Assembly: GCF_016432865.1 (NCBI RefSeq)
Contig: NC_067398.1
Coordinates: forward strand, 661,416,001 to 661,480,000
Direction: 5' to 3'
Length of the DNA: 64,000 nt
Origin: Antechinus flavipes
Lineage: Eukaryota
Part shown: piece after piece, positions 1 to 12,280 of the stretch
Numbering within the stretch: the stretch's first letter is position 1
Layout: every line of letters starts with the position of its first letter
Notes under the pieces: model-generated
Seen by the model: the letters and a program-made list of their open reading frames with translations, nothing else
Databases searched by the model: none
What the model was told of the DNA's origin: nothing
Program-made: the position numbers and the translations under genes

Positions 1-420
1 TTGATCTCTATATTGATGATTCTCTAAGTTACCCTCATACCCCAATCTCTCCGCTGACCTCCAATGCTCCAAATTGGATGTATAATAGACATTTTAAGCT
101 ATATCCATTACCTTTCCACCTAAACCCTTTCCTATTACTATAGAAGGCATCAGCTTCCTCCCAGTCCCTCAGAATCACAATTTAGGAATCATCCTGGATT
201 TTTCATCGTCTCTCACCCCGCCATATTTAAGGCCTATTGATTTCACCTTTGCAGCGCCACAGCCATCCTTCTGGTGCAGGCCCTCATCACCTTCCACTTG
301 GATTACTGCAGTAACATGATGGGAATCTACCTGCCTCAAGTCTCCCCTCAAAGCCAACTTCCATTCAGCCACTAAAGTGACTTTCCTAAAGTGCTGATTC
401 AATCAAATCAGGCTCCCCTC
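1..420 (+). mobile_element. L2 LINE fragment
   Basis: Degenerate L2 3'-region pattern (ggaatcatcctggatt...ctctcacccc...gtgactttcctaaag). Confidence 0.55.
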
Positions 421-860
421 CTCATATATAAATGGGGATAATAAGGGTAGTTGTGAGTTAAAATGAGGCATTTGCCATTTTGCAAACTTTAAAATACCAT
501 TATTCTTATTACTTCTGTTAATATTTGTACTATTTAGTATTATTATTTCTGCTACTGCAAATACTAAGTATTATTACTACTTAAAATGCTACTACTACTA
601 TTAGTGTTTCCAGTAAGCAACAATGCTCAGAATGAATGGTTTTGGAATTTATAGGATATCAGAACTCGAAGAGTCTTTAGGGACTTTAATGCTCTTATTT
701 TGTAGATGGGAAAACTAGGACACAGAGAGAGGAAAAGATTTGTAGCAAAAAAATGGTAGAGCCCCCTCACCTCCACCCCAGGGGCATAGGTCCATTAGGG
801 CCCAGCAGACAGAGGAATAGAAAACCGGATTTTGTTCGGCCCTAAGGAAGAAGGAGATCA

Positions 861-1103
<243 letters not shown>

Positions 1104-1237
1104 TCAACCTTCCCATGGAGCTCAGGGCCTGGCTCCCACCAGCCGAGAAATTGGGCTTTTTCAGATTTCTACCATTTACTCCAGTCCCCCTGCTTGCCTC
1201 CCAGAGACCCCGGGTTACACGCCAGTCCCCAATATCA

Positions 1238-1405
<168 letters not shown>

Positions 1406-1769
1406 TCACCTGGAGGACCCGCCAGGAGCCACAGGTAAGGGAATTAGAGCATTCTCTCTTTTGCGTCCAGGGAATCCTGCCCACCCTGGAGTTGGAAACC
1501 TAGAATTTTAGTCAGAAGACCTAACTAGACTCTAAGGCTATTTGCTGATTTTTGTTGTGATTTTAAGCAAGTCAATTAACCTCACAGGGATTCTGTTTTC
1601 TTCATTGTAAAAAAGTGACTGACAGAGTCCCTTACACATTCTAAATCCTTGGGGTCCCACTGAACTCCTACTTCACACTGGTCTGGAAGGAAATTTTTTG
1701 AGATCCGATTGCAGGGGGCAGGTTGGGCATTTTCCAGTGAGCAATACTATCAAAAGTAGGGAATCTTAC

Positions 1770-1792
1770 CTGTCCTTTATCTGCTTGGCAGC
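1770..1792 (-). CDS. FSD1: FSD1 exon 5 (23-nt micro-exon)
   Basis: tttttctag|GCTGCCAAGCAGATAAAGGACAG|gtaag; AAKQIKD; phases fit exons 4 and 6. Confidence 0.92.
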
Positions 1793-3859
1793 CTAGAAAA
1801 AGGAAGGAGAGAGTGAGAGTCATACTTTCCTGAGCAGGATGGGCCTAATCCATCTAACCCCTCATTTTATAGAGGGGAAACTGAGGCCCAGAGAAAAGGT
1901 AGAATTTACTCTCTGTCCCATAGTAAGTTAGCAGAAGAGCTGGTAAAAAGCCTCAGACTCAGGCTTTCTCATTCATTCCCTGCCCAGGCTCTTTCCACTA
2001 GAAAGTCGGGAAGAGAGAAGAGGAAAGACTGAAGAAATTCTTAGGTTTTAAAGCTGAAAGCAAAGCAGAAATCATCCAGTCAAACCCTTTTATTTTTACA
2101 GATAAGGAAACTGAGGTCCAGAGAAGTTACATCTGCTAAAGTCACTCAACTAGTGAGCAACAGAGAAAAGATTCAAACTTCAAATTCAGCACTCTTTGCC
2201 CTCCTCTAAAAGTACAAGGTATTTTATACACCTTTACCTAATAACATACAAATAAGCCCTTTAACTTTAATTCTTTGTGGCTGTCTTTTCCCTACCAGAC
2301 AGGTGAGGCCTTGAGGTCATAAGCTGCTCCTTCAAGGCCCAGCTCAGGTGTCACTTTCTCGGAGAAGCCTTCTCTGATTTCCCCTCTACCTCCCCAAGGT
2401 CCCCGGGTCCCCGGGCTCCCCTTGACCTCTCTTGGGACAGCGCCTGGCTGCGGGTGATGCTATACTATGGTCTCCAGAGGTAAAAGAAATAATGCACACA
2501 GGCAAAGGAGAGGTGCGTGGGGAGGGAGAGCAGGTGGCAACAACGAAAGAAATTAGAAGAAAAATCAGAACAAATGATGCCCTCGGAGAAATGGACGAGC
2601 AGGTAATAGAGAATCCCCCCTCCCCCAGTTATAGCTCCATGTGCAACCTTACAATATCAGGGGAAGCAGAGAAGGCTCCCAGTACCATGGGGGACCCCTT
2701 CTCCTGCACCACGGACAATAAATAGCACAGAACAGATCGGCACATAAGTTATGGTCTGCATTTTGGAGACTAGTAAGATCCCAGATCCATGTGAGTAGGA
2801 TCTCAATCATATTATAATTTATATCACAGTTACTGTGTGTGTATATGTGGATTTGACTAGAAATTCCTTAAGGGTAAGGGCCTTATTTTTCATCTATGTA
2901 TCCATAGCACTGGGTACAGGGCCCTGCATACAGCAGACACTTAAAAAATGTTTGAATCAATTCAACAAGCATTTATTAAGTGCCTACTGTATACAGCACA
3001 TGTTGTTAGGTGCTAAGAAATACACAAATGAGTAAAACTTTCTCATAGAAATCATAAGAGGAAGAAAGAATCTTCTTTGTATATTTTTTGTTTTCACTTA
3101 TTTATATTCATGTCGTATCTTCCAGGAGACTTTATGCTCTTGAGGATGGGAGCTGATTTTGCCTTTGTTTGCTGATATTCGGTGAATAGTATGGACTGTA
3201 CAAATGCTTGTTGGAGGAATCAAAAGAAATAACAGTTCCCATGTTTAAGTCAATATTTTAAAGTTTGCAAGGAGCTTTCCTCAGAATAGTGCTATGGGGA
3301 TGACAGTTACTATTATTCCCATTTTACAGGTGAGGAAATAGAGTGGAAGTCATTTACTTAAAATTATCTAGGCAGAAAGTTCCAGCACCAGGCCTCAACT
3401 CCAGCATTCTTTCCCCTGCCTCATACTGACCAAGGGAACAGCATCTGGTAATAGGATGGGTACAACTTGAATCCACAGATTGAATCCCTAGATTTGGGAC
3501 TGAAAGGTGCCTCAGAGGCCATCCTTTACAGTGCTCTCCCATTTTCCATTCTCCCAGGGTCTCCAAACCTGCCTTCTGGAGTTTCCAACACAGGGATTAC
3601 TTCTATTGGATAAATGTGTATATTTTAGGGTAGATAAAAGCTCTGGGATCAGATCTGGAAAGCCTGAGTATGAAGCCTAGCTCAAATATGTCTGATTGCA
3701 TGAAGCTGCCTTAGTCACTCTCCCTCTTTAGCTTCAGTTTCTTTAGCTCTCAATTAGGAATAGTAACTTATGCAGCTTAAATCCCAGATTGAGAGGAAAG
3801 CACTTAAAATATCAAGGAAAGGCTTTATTGCTATGATTAGATACTTGCCCATGTATGCA

Positions 3860-4080
3860 GGGCAGCTGGGTGGTGCAGTGGATAGAGTGCTAGGTCTGGA
3901 GTCATGGAGACTCATCTTTATGAATTCAAATCCAGCCTCAGATACTCATAGCTAGGTGCTCCTGGGCAAGTCAACACTGTTTCCTCAGTTTCCTCATCTG
4001 TAAAACAGGCTGGAGAAGGAAATGACAGACCACCCCTAGGATTTTTGCCAAGAAAACCCCTAAATGGGGTCACAAAAACC
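3860..4080 (+). mobile_element. MAR1-type marsupial CORE-SINE
   Basis: tRNA-like head (ggtggtgcagtggatagagtg), core cctcagtttcctcatctgtaaa, RTE-like tail ggagaaggaaatg...tttgccaagaaaacccc. Confidence 0.65.
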
Positions 4081-4280
4081 CAAAGGAAATAACTCAACAA
4101 CAACAACCATGTATGTTAACCCTTTGCAAATCTTAAAGTTCTTAATGTCAGCTGCTTTTTGTATCGTTGTTCCCATTATTTCCATAGTCCATATGAGGCC
4201 AGGTCTCCAGCCTTCTTGGGCAGACCCCCATCAAGACTCTCCCCACTCTCCCCATCTAACTGCAAACACAGGTCCCAAAC

Positions 4281-4382
4281 CTGGGGAAAATCCTGGTTGT
4301 CTGCTCCCTGTAGTGTCTGATTGGCTGTTTCCAGAAGTTCCTCCGAGCTCTCCAGAGCCTTGGTGCAGGCTGCCAGCTGGTT
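4281..4382 (-). CDS. FSD1: FSD1 exon 4
   Basis: 102 nt; cccacag|AAC...CAG|gtttgg; NQLAACTKALESSEELLETANQTLQGADNQDFPQ. Confidence 0.94.
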
Positions 4383-4682
4383 CTGTGGGAAGAGAGAGGG
4401 CAAAAGGGATAAGGTCAGTCAGACAAATCCTGAAGTGTCCCCATGCTCAGGGCCGGGCTCTGTGCTGAGCACCAAGGAACTGCAAATTTGGAAAAGGGCC
4501 AAGCCAAAGGGACTGCAAACCTTTGGGGCTCATTGAGCAAGACAGCCAGGGAGAAAGGGAGCAAAGGAAGCTTTTCTTTAAGCTTTTGCTCAATGACTCA
4601 AAGGCAGACTTCTAGCTGTGTCTTGTTATTATCTCATATCCATTTTTATATATCTTTATGTGTAAATAATATCTTGCTCTCT

Positions 4683-5502
4683 TATCAAACTGTGCATACT
4701 CTTTGATCCAGAAGCATTACTACTGGGCTTATATCCCAAAGAGATACTAAAGAAGGGAAAGGGACCTGAATGGCTGAATAAATTGTGGTATATGAACATT
4801 ATGGAATATTATTGTTCGGTAAGAAAAGACCAACAGGATGATTTCAGAAAAGCCTGGAGAGACTTACATGAACTGATGCTGAGTAAAATGAGCCGGACCA
4901 GGAGATCATTACATACTTCAACAACAATACTATATGATGATCAATTCTGATGGATGTGGCCCTCTTCAACAATAAGATGAACCAAATCAGTTCCAATAGA
5001 GCAGTAATGAACTGAACCAGCTACACCCAGCGAAAGAACTCTGGGAGATGACTAAGAATCACTACATAGAGTTCCCAATCCCTCTATTTTTGTCTGCCTG
5101 CATTTTTTATTTTCTTCACAGGCTAATCGTACACTATTTCAAAATCCATTTCATTTTGTACAGCAAAATAACTCTTTGGACATGTAGACATATATTGTAT
5201 TTAACTTATACTTTAACATATTTAACATGTATTGGTCAACCTGCCATCGTGGGGAGGGAATGAGGGGAAGTAGGGAAAAAGTTGGAACAGAAGGTTTTGC
5301 AATTGTCAGTGCTGAAAAACTACCCATGCATATAACTTGTTTTTTTTTTTAATTTTTTATTTAATAATTACTTTATATTGACACTCGTTTCTGTTCCGAT
5401 TTTTTTTTTCCCCTCCCTCCCTCCACCCCCTCCCCTAGATGGCAAGCAGTCCTTTATATGTTGGATAATGCATATAACTTGTAAATAAAAAGCTATAATA
5501 AA
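4683..5502 (+). mobile_element. Young 5'-truncated L1 with 19-bp TSD
   Basis: TSD aaataatatcttgctctct at 4664-4682 and 5503-5521; stop-free ORF2 C-terminus 4687-4950 (KLCILFDPEALLLGLYPKE...WLNKLWYMNIMEYY); 3' UTR and A-rich tail. Confidence 0.9.
5341..5467 (-). mobile_element. Short L1 3' end nested in the previous L1
   Basis: Poly(T) start; 15-bp TSD atgcatataacttgt at 5326-5340 and 5468-5482. Confidence 0.88.
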
Positions 5503-7424
5503 AAATAATATCTTGCTCTCTCTACTTGACTGTAAACTCCACAAAGGGAAGGATTATTCCACTTTTATCTTTGTATGCCCAGCATCTAGCACAATACCTA
5601 GTACACAGTAGATACTTAATAAAAGTTCTTTGACTGAAGGTCTTTAAAAATAAAGTGAGCCAACTTCTACCTTTTATAGATAAGTAAATTGAGGCTTGTA
5701 ATGGTTGATATGGACCAGATCACACAGTAAGTGGCAAAGCCAAGATTCACAAAAATCACAAAATCTCAGTGGTATAAGGGATTTTGAAGGCTAAAGTAAC
5801 ACATTATAAGCCTAAAGAGGTATCATGGATGGTCACTGCCAAGAAAGATTTCAGTTAATATAAAAAAATTTCTTAACAATCAGAACATCCCAAGAAGAAA
5901 AACAGACTCGTTCAAGGGGGCAGGAGGGAGCAATTTTAGAGGTCTATTACTATGGGTCTGAAGTCTATTGAGGTTTTTCCTGTTGAAGTATCCAGATTGG
6001 ATAATGTCTCCGGTCCCTTCCAGTTAACAGAGCCTTGTGATTGAACTGGGCCTTAACAAGATGACAAAGACAGCAAAATCAAACTTTATTTATAAGATTA
6101 TAAATCTAGACATGGAGGAGACCTTACAGGTCTTTATTTCATTCATACCCATTTTACAGATGAGGAAACTGAGGATCAGAGAGAAAGAATTTTCCTCACG
6201 ATCATTCAGCAAGTAAGTAGTAAAGCTGAGATTTGATTCCAAGCCTCTCCAACTCCAAACCTAGTATTTTTTCTATTATCACTAAATTGACTGTTCAGGG
6301 GAAAGAGAAAAGCCAGATCTGGCTTGAGGGAAAAGGGCATATAGGGGAGCAAAGGAAAGAGAAAGCTAAAAAAGGAAGATTGGGGGAAGGGCATAAAGGG
6401 CAGCAAATGCCAGGCTGCTGACATTGGACTCCCATTGTCAGCAGGAAGAGCTTCCTGAGCTGGGGCAGAATGTCACCAGAGCTGGTCATTAGGCAGACTA
6501 ATCTAGTAACTTGACATGGGGTGTTGGGAGAGTTAGAAAAGCTCCATGGAAGAAGTACAACATGAGCTGGAGTTTAAAGGAAGAGTAGAACTCAGATTCA
6601 GAAAGACTAGAAAATAAATAGATTAGAACAAGGGGGAGACATGAAGTCAAGAGAGATCTGTACTGCAGTTCCACCTCTGCTTTTTGCTGGTCTGTGAATA
6701 TGGAAAAATTATTTCATTTCTCTGAGCCTCAGTTTCTACTTTAGTGAAATAAGATAATAATACCTGTAATCACTTATCTCATTACGTTGCTGTGAGAATC
6801 AAATAAGAATGTATGTATAGCTAGATCCAGGTTAATGTGATTAATGAATCCCTTGAAGTGGGTGCATTATTCAAATCTGCATTGCAATTTCCATTGGGCT
6901 TGATATGGCAAGAATACAGGTTAAATTGATTTCAGGATCACAGGCTTTATTCAATGACCATATTTTACATAATTTTAACTTCAAAAAGTATGCATTGGAA
7001 TAAAGGGGATTCCTCATTTGCATTATTCTGGACCTAGTTATAAAGTGCTAATATTCAAATAGTATAAATATAAATATAAAGTATCATCACTTTAATGCTG
7101 GTACAATGATTTAAGCTAGTAATAGATGATGATGGAATCCTCAGACTCCTAGGTTTAGAATCGGAAAAGACCTCTTAGAGAAGCTAGTCTAATAGCCTTA
7201 TTTTAGAGATGAAGAAATAGGCTCAGAAAGGAAAAGTTACTTAAGGTTATACACTGCCCCAGAAAAGGAAGAGGGGTTTCCAAAGGGAGAGACATTTGCA
7301 AAGGTCTATCAGAAGGAAGGGAGTAGGACTGGATTAGGGAGCCACTAAAGGCTCTCACAGTTATCTAACCTTGCACCTCTTTCCCTGGATCTAGGAAATT
7401 TACTTTCAGAAGGAGCAGACTTAC

Positions 7425-7556
7425 CTGGAGCTCATAGATTCGGCTAGCTCGGTCTTGTTTGATTTTCATCAGCATGCCCTCCTTCAGCTCATCCAGTAGT
7501 GAGAACAGTGACTGGAACTCTGCCTCCAAGTCCTCTTGGACCTTGTTGGAGTTAGC
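7425..7556 (-). CDS. FSD1: FSD1 exon 3
   Basis: 132 nt; ggtag|GCT...CAG|gtaag; ANSNKVQEDLEAEFQSLFSLLDELKEGMLMKIKQDRASRIYELQ. Confidence 0.95.
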
Positions 7557-7589
7557 CTACCAGGAGAGTGTTTGGGAATCTTAGAACAA

Positions 7590-7740
7590 TAAATGTCAGA
7601 GCTGAAGGCTCTTAGAACATAGATATAGAATGAATGTTAGAATTGGGAGGGCTTAGAACACAGGATGCCAAAGCTGGGAGGAACGTTCAAGCATAGAAAG
7701 TGGGATATGGGGAAGACTTCAGAATATGGAATCTCAGCTG
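7590..7740. repeat. Degenerate 33-bp-unit array (reiterated MIR3/L3-type tail)
   Basis: Repeated agagctg.aggg..cttagaaca...aatgt units. Confidence 0.5.
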
Positions 7741-7790
7741 TTCCCAGGAGGCTGATCCATAGTCCTTCCCCTTTCCCCATTTCCTCTTAC

Positions 7791-7886
7791 CTCCACATTC
7801 AGCAGCATCTGTTTCAGGGCATAGATGAAGTTTTGTATCTCTTCATTCTTCACTGCCAGAGTTGTGATAATCTTCTTCAGTGCCTC
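7791..7886 (-). CDS. FSD1: FSD1 exon 2
   Basis: 96 nt; gcacag|GAG...GAG|gtaag; EALKKIITTLAVKNEEIQNFIYALKQMLLNVE. Confidence 0.95.
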
Positions 7887-8146
7887 CTGTGCCAACACCC
7901 AAAACACAAAGTCCCATCCTCACCTGAAGTCTATCTCATCCTTCCCAGCCCAAATGATCTACAATATCCTCTAGAAATCCCATGTCTCAAGATCCAAGGA
8001 TTCAAGGAAAACACACGAATTTGTGAGAACTGAATCTAGCTGGGAAGTAGGAAGGAGTACAGAGCTTGGGAAAGGGGTGATAGCGAGAGTGAAAAGAAGA
8101 GCTAGAGAAATGAAGAGGTTTAAAAAGTCAATAAATTGAGAGATGG

Positions 8147-8161
8147 GTGTGTGTGTGTGTG
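8147..8161. repeat. (GT)n microsatellite
   Basis: Direct reading. Confidence 0.85.
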
Positions 8162-8439
8162 AAAGGAATGGGGGTAAGGGAATAGCTGAGGCTAAGTAAG
8201 GGGAAGGGAATAAGCTGTGGAGGCAACAACCTGTACAAGGGATTAATGCTCAGGGTAAGGGAGCTCCCTCCCCTCCCAACCCAGCTTCCAGGCTGCAGCA
8301 GCAATGCGGGTCTTCAGCATGGTGGGCGGGACTGGAGCTGCCCCAACTCTGCTCCAGGCCAAGTGGCCGGGGGGGCCACTTGGATCCATTCCTAGAAGAG
8401 GCTCCTTCCCGCCAGCCCCCCAAGAAACCTCTATTGTCG

Positions 8440-8800
8440 GCCCCGCAATCCCACATCCCATGCCGAACTCTAGGCCCGCCTGAGTCAGGGAGGGGACAGA
8501 GAGCAGGCTGCTGCAGCACCTGGTGCAGCGCGCGCCCCGCCCCGTCTCCCATCTACACCCCCACCCTCATCCCGGCCCTGGCCCCTACCTTTTGATCCCC
8601 CATGGCGCCCGGCCCAGGATGCTCGCAAGAGCCCCGGTGCGCCCCGCGCAGCCGCAGCCGTAGCCGCCACCGCGCGCCCCTAGGCACAAAGGTGCCCAGA
8701 ACCCATCGCCCAGCCTGGGACTTAGGTCCTCTCCCACCCCCAGCCTCGCCGCTCCATCACCGCCCCTACGGCGCAGGCGTATAGGCCGAGGCATCTTGGG
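8440..8800. promoter_or_regulatory. FSD1 CpG-island promoter/first exon
   Basis: CpG-dense GC-rich block around the ATG; GC box ccccgcccc at about 8536-8544; TGAGTCA (AP-1 type) at 8481-8487. Confidence 0.75.
8589..8603 (-). CDS. FSD1: FSD1 exon 1 coding part
   Basis: ggcgccATGGGGGATCAAAAG|gtaggg; MGDQK; strong Kozak inside a CpG island. Confidence 0.9.
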
Positions 8801-9404
8801 AAATGTAGTTTAAGACTAGGGAGGGGGAACCCTGGCTCATGGAAGGATAAGGGTATTCAGAACTTAGATGGTAAAAAATTAGAGCAAGGTCGGGTCCTAG
8901 AATCTAATATCAGAGCTGAATATTGGACATAATCTGACTCCAACTTACTTTTTCCGAATTTGTTTCATTTTATCCCTCTGCTTTCATTCTACATTCCATC
9001 ATTCTGGCCTGACTTACTAGGTCTTCCCTGAACTAGACATCTCTTCCTTCTGTCTCTGGGAGAGCTCTCACCTAGGTCTGGTATGCTTCACTGAGCTCCA
9101 CGCTTATCTTCAAAACTCACTTCAAGAGTCATTTCCTCTGTTAAACCTTATTGGCTTCCTCCCACTACCACCACCATATTCCCCCAGTTACTACTGCCCT
9201 CTCTCCCTTCTCAAATTACCTCCTGTCTACTTACTCTGCATGAAGCATTCTCCCAGTAGAATGCAAGTAAGATTCTTGAGGTCAGGTTCTATTTTGATTC
9301 TGTCTTTATATCACCAGCACCTAGAATACCTTATAGACAGAATTAACTCAGTGGCTTTTTATTTGCTTTGGTTTTTGTTTTTTTAGTTGAATTCAACAGG
9401 ACAT

Positions 9405-9625
9405 GGAATTTCAGATCTTGAAGGACCTTAATACTCCAGGTATAAGTGATCAAAGTTGTAAGGGTCCTTAAAACATAGAACCCAGCCCATTAGAGCTAGA
9501 AGGGTTCTTAGAATGTTGGTTCTGGGAAGAACTTTAAGACATTGAATGGCCGAGCTGAATGGGTCCTTGGAAACCAAAGGATGGTAGATCATAGGTTTAG
9601 AGTTGCAAAGGACTTTAAAGATAAT
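9405..9625. repeat. Degenerate 33-bp-unit array (reiterated MIR3/L3-type tail)
   Basis: Several gaaggg.ccttagaa-like units in tandem. Confidence 0.45.
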
Positions 9626-10179
9626 TTAGTGTAGGAGAGGAGAAGCTTTTCAAAATGTGTTGATGACTTTCTTCCAGGGCATCTGAGGGATCAAAATTAT
9701 TTTCCTAATAACACTAAGATGTTTTTATTTCTAAAATGATAACTATCAATAGACATAGTCCATATCAAGAAATGATATTTGAGGGAGGGGATCCTCAAAG
9801 AGTTTTAAGACATTTAAAATTTTGAGAAACTGCTGATCTAGTTCAGCATTCTTGTTTTAGAGATGAGAGAAATGAAGAGGAAGGGAGGAGACACTCCAGC
9901 AACTGTTAGGTCTCCAGAATCCTAACAAAGGTCATTTTTAATTGTCTTCTTGCTGCTCCTCATACATGATGTTATAGCCCCCATTTCTTTCTTTGCCTTT
10001 ACATAGGCAACATCTCCTTACCACTGCCTGTTAGAATTCCTAGTTTCCTTCAAAATTTAGCTCAAGTTCTACTTTCTACATTAGACCTTTTTTCCCTAGA
10101 CTCAGTATCTAATGTCTCTCCAACAATACTCACCATTGCTTTGTGTTTAGTTTATTTTTTGTTTTGTTTTGCAGCCATT

Positions 10180-10625
10180 CAGCTCTTTGTGACACCATTT
10201 GGAGTTTTCTTGGCAAAGATAGTAGTCTGCCATTTCCTTCTCTGCTTCATTTTACAGATGAGGAAGCTGAGGCAAAGAGGGGGTAAATGACTTACCCAGG
10301 ATCACACAACTAGGAAGTATTTAAGGCTGGAATTCAGGTCTTCCTGACTCCAGGTCCTGAGCTTTATTCACTGTGCTACCTAGGTACCCTGTTTGCTACC
10401 TAGCTACCCTGTTTTGTATTTAATTTATATTGTTCAGTAGTTCCATCATACTGTCCATAGAGTTTTCTTGGCAAAGATACTCGAGGCATTCAGTGCATTA
10501 AGGCAAACAGAGGTTAAATGATTTGTTACATCATTGTTAGTAAATGTCTGAGGTGAAATTGAACTCAGGTCTTCCTAATTCAGATCTCTATCCACTGAAC
10601 TACCAAACTGCCCCAGCTGCCTCCT
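10180..10625 (-). mobile_element. Two adjacent MAR1-type SINEs
   Basis: Reverse-orientation ggagttttcttggcaaagata...ttttacagatgaggaagctgaggca...gaactcaggtcttcct. Confidence 0.6.
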
Positions 10626-11689
10626 GTTTAACTTGTATAAATTTTTTATATACTGTATTTATATTTGTATTCATGTTGTTTCCTCTGATACAATGTATAG
10701 ACAGAAACTGTTTCTTTTTTGTCTTTGCATTCCTAACATTGACTTTGTTACATCATAAGTTTTTAATAAATACTTGTTGGCTTACTTGATTAATTGATTA
10801 AATAAAGGATTGAAGGGCAATTTTCAACTTCCCAAATCTTCGATTATTAGCTCTTCTGGACAATGGCTCAAAGAAAGTTTCTCACTCTTGTCTCAGTTTC
10901 CCAATTTATGAAATTAGAGAATTGGATTAGTTGATATTAAAGAGAGTTTTTATTTCTGACCTTACATCTTTAAGAAATCATCTGATTTTAAAATTAGATC
11001 TTAAGAGATTTTTATTTTGTTTTTATATTGCCTAGATTTTTCCTGTATCTCCTACCACTGCCACCTAGAGTTATCCCTTATAAGAATTTATATATTAAAT
11101 TTATATTTTAAAGAGAGTGAAGTGGAAAAAAAGTACAAAACTAATACATTAAAAAATTGGATATTATATACAGTGTTCCATCTCCATATACATAGTGTTC
11201 CATTCTCTTCAAATGAGGAGAAAGACATCTTTTCAGTTCTTTTTTGGGGTCAACCTTTGTTCCTTATACCTTTCAAACATTAATCTTCTATTGCATTTTC
11301 AGTATATGATTACAATTGTTGTTTTCCTTATTCTGCTTACTTCATTTTGCCTAACCTAAGTCTTTCCATGCTTCTCCATATACCATTATTAATAACTAAT
11401 CAATAAATATTGACTAAACACCCATGACAGGCTAGGTTTGGTATTGGATTAAAAGATAGTTCCTGACCTCGAGGAGCTTACTATCTAGTAGGGGAAGATA
11501 ACACATAACAGGAAACTGAAACAGGTGGGGGAAAGTGGAAAACTCCCCAAAGCCCTAAAGTAGTTCTTCTAGATAAGAAATGGAGCGCTCTGCGCTGACT
11601 TTCCTTCTGAAATGCAGGTTTGAGAGTTCATGGCTCCATCCTGTCTAATCTGAGGGAAGGAGAGTGGAGTGGCAGTAGAGTGCTAAAGC

Positions 11690-12280
11690 CAATGAGATCA
11701 TGTTTGCTCTTGTCTTTTGTCATCTTTACAAATTTGAGTGTGAGGTAAATATCAAGGTAGTTTTGATTTTATTTGTCTTATCATTAACAATTTGGAACAT
11801 TTGGTATTAACAGTCACAATTTTTTTATTAAAAACTATTTCTTTCCCTTGACCACTTCTGTATTAAGGAATAGCTTTTGGTTGCATATGTTTCTGTTAGT
11901 TGTCTACATATCTTAGATATCAAACCTCTATCAGAGATATTTGATATAGAGATTTTTTTCCCCCTGGTTCACTATTTCCCTTCTTTTCTTAGCTGCATTA
12001 TTTTTCTTCTTATCCTGGATACATTATTTTGCTGTGAAAGTATTTCAATGTCACATAATCAAAATTATCTGCTTTATATTTTGTAATTCCTTCTATACCT
12101 GGTTTGATTAAGAATTCATCTTCCACCCATAGATGTAAAGATAAATTATGTGCTTCTCTTCTAATTGAATTTATAGTTTAATATGGTATAAGATATTGGT
12201 CTAAGCCTAATTTCTGCTATTTCATTTCCAATTTTTTGCAGCATTTACCAGAGAGAGTGTTTCTAATTTATAATGTATTA
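11690..12280 (-). mobile_element. Old L1 ORF2/3' fragment
   Basis: AT-rich antisense L1 pattern (cttagatatcaaacctctatcagagatatttgat). Confidence 0.55.
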
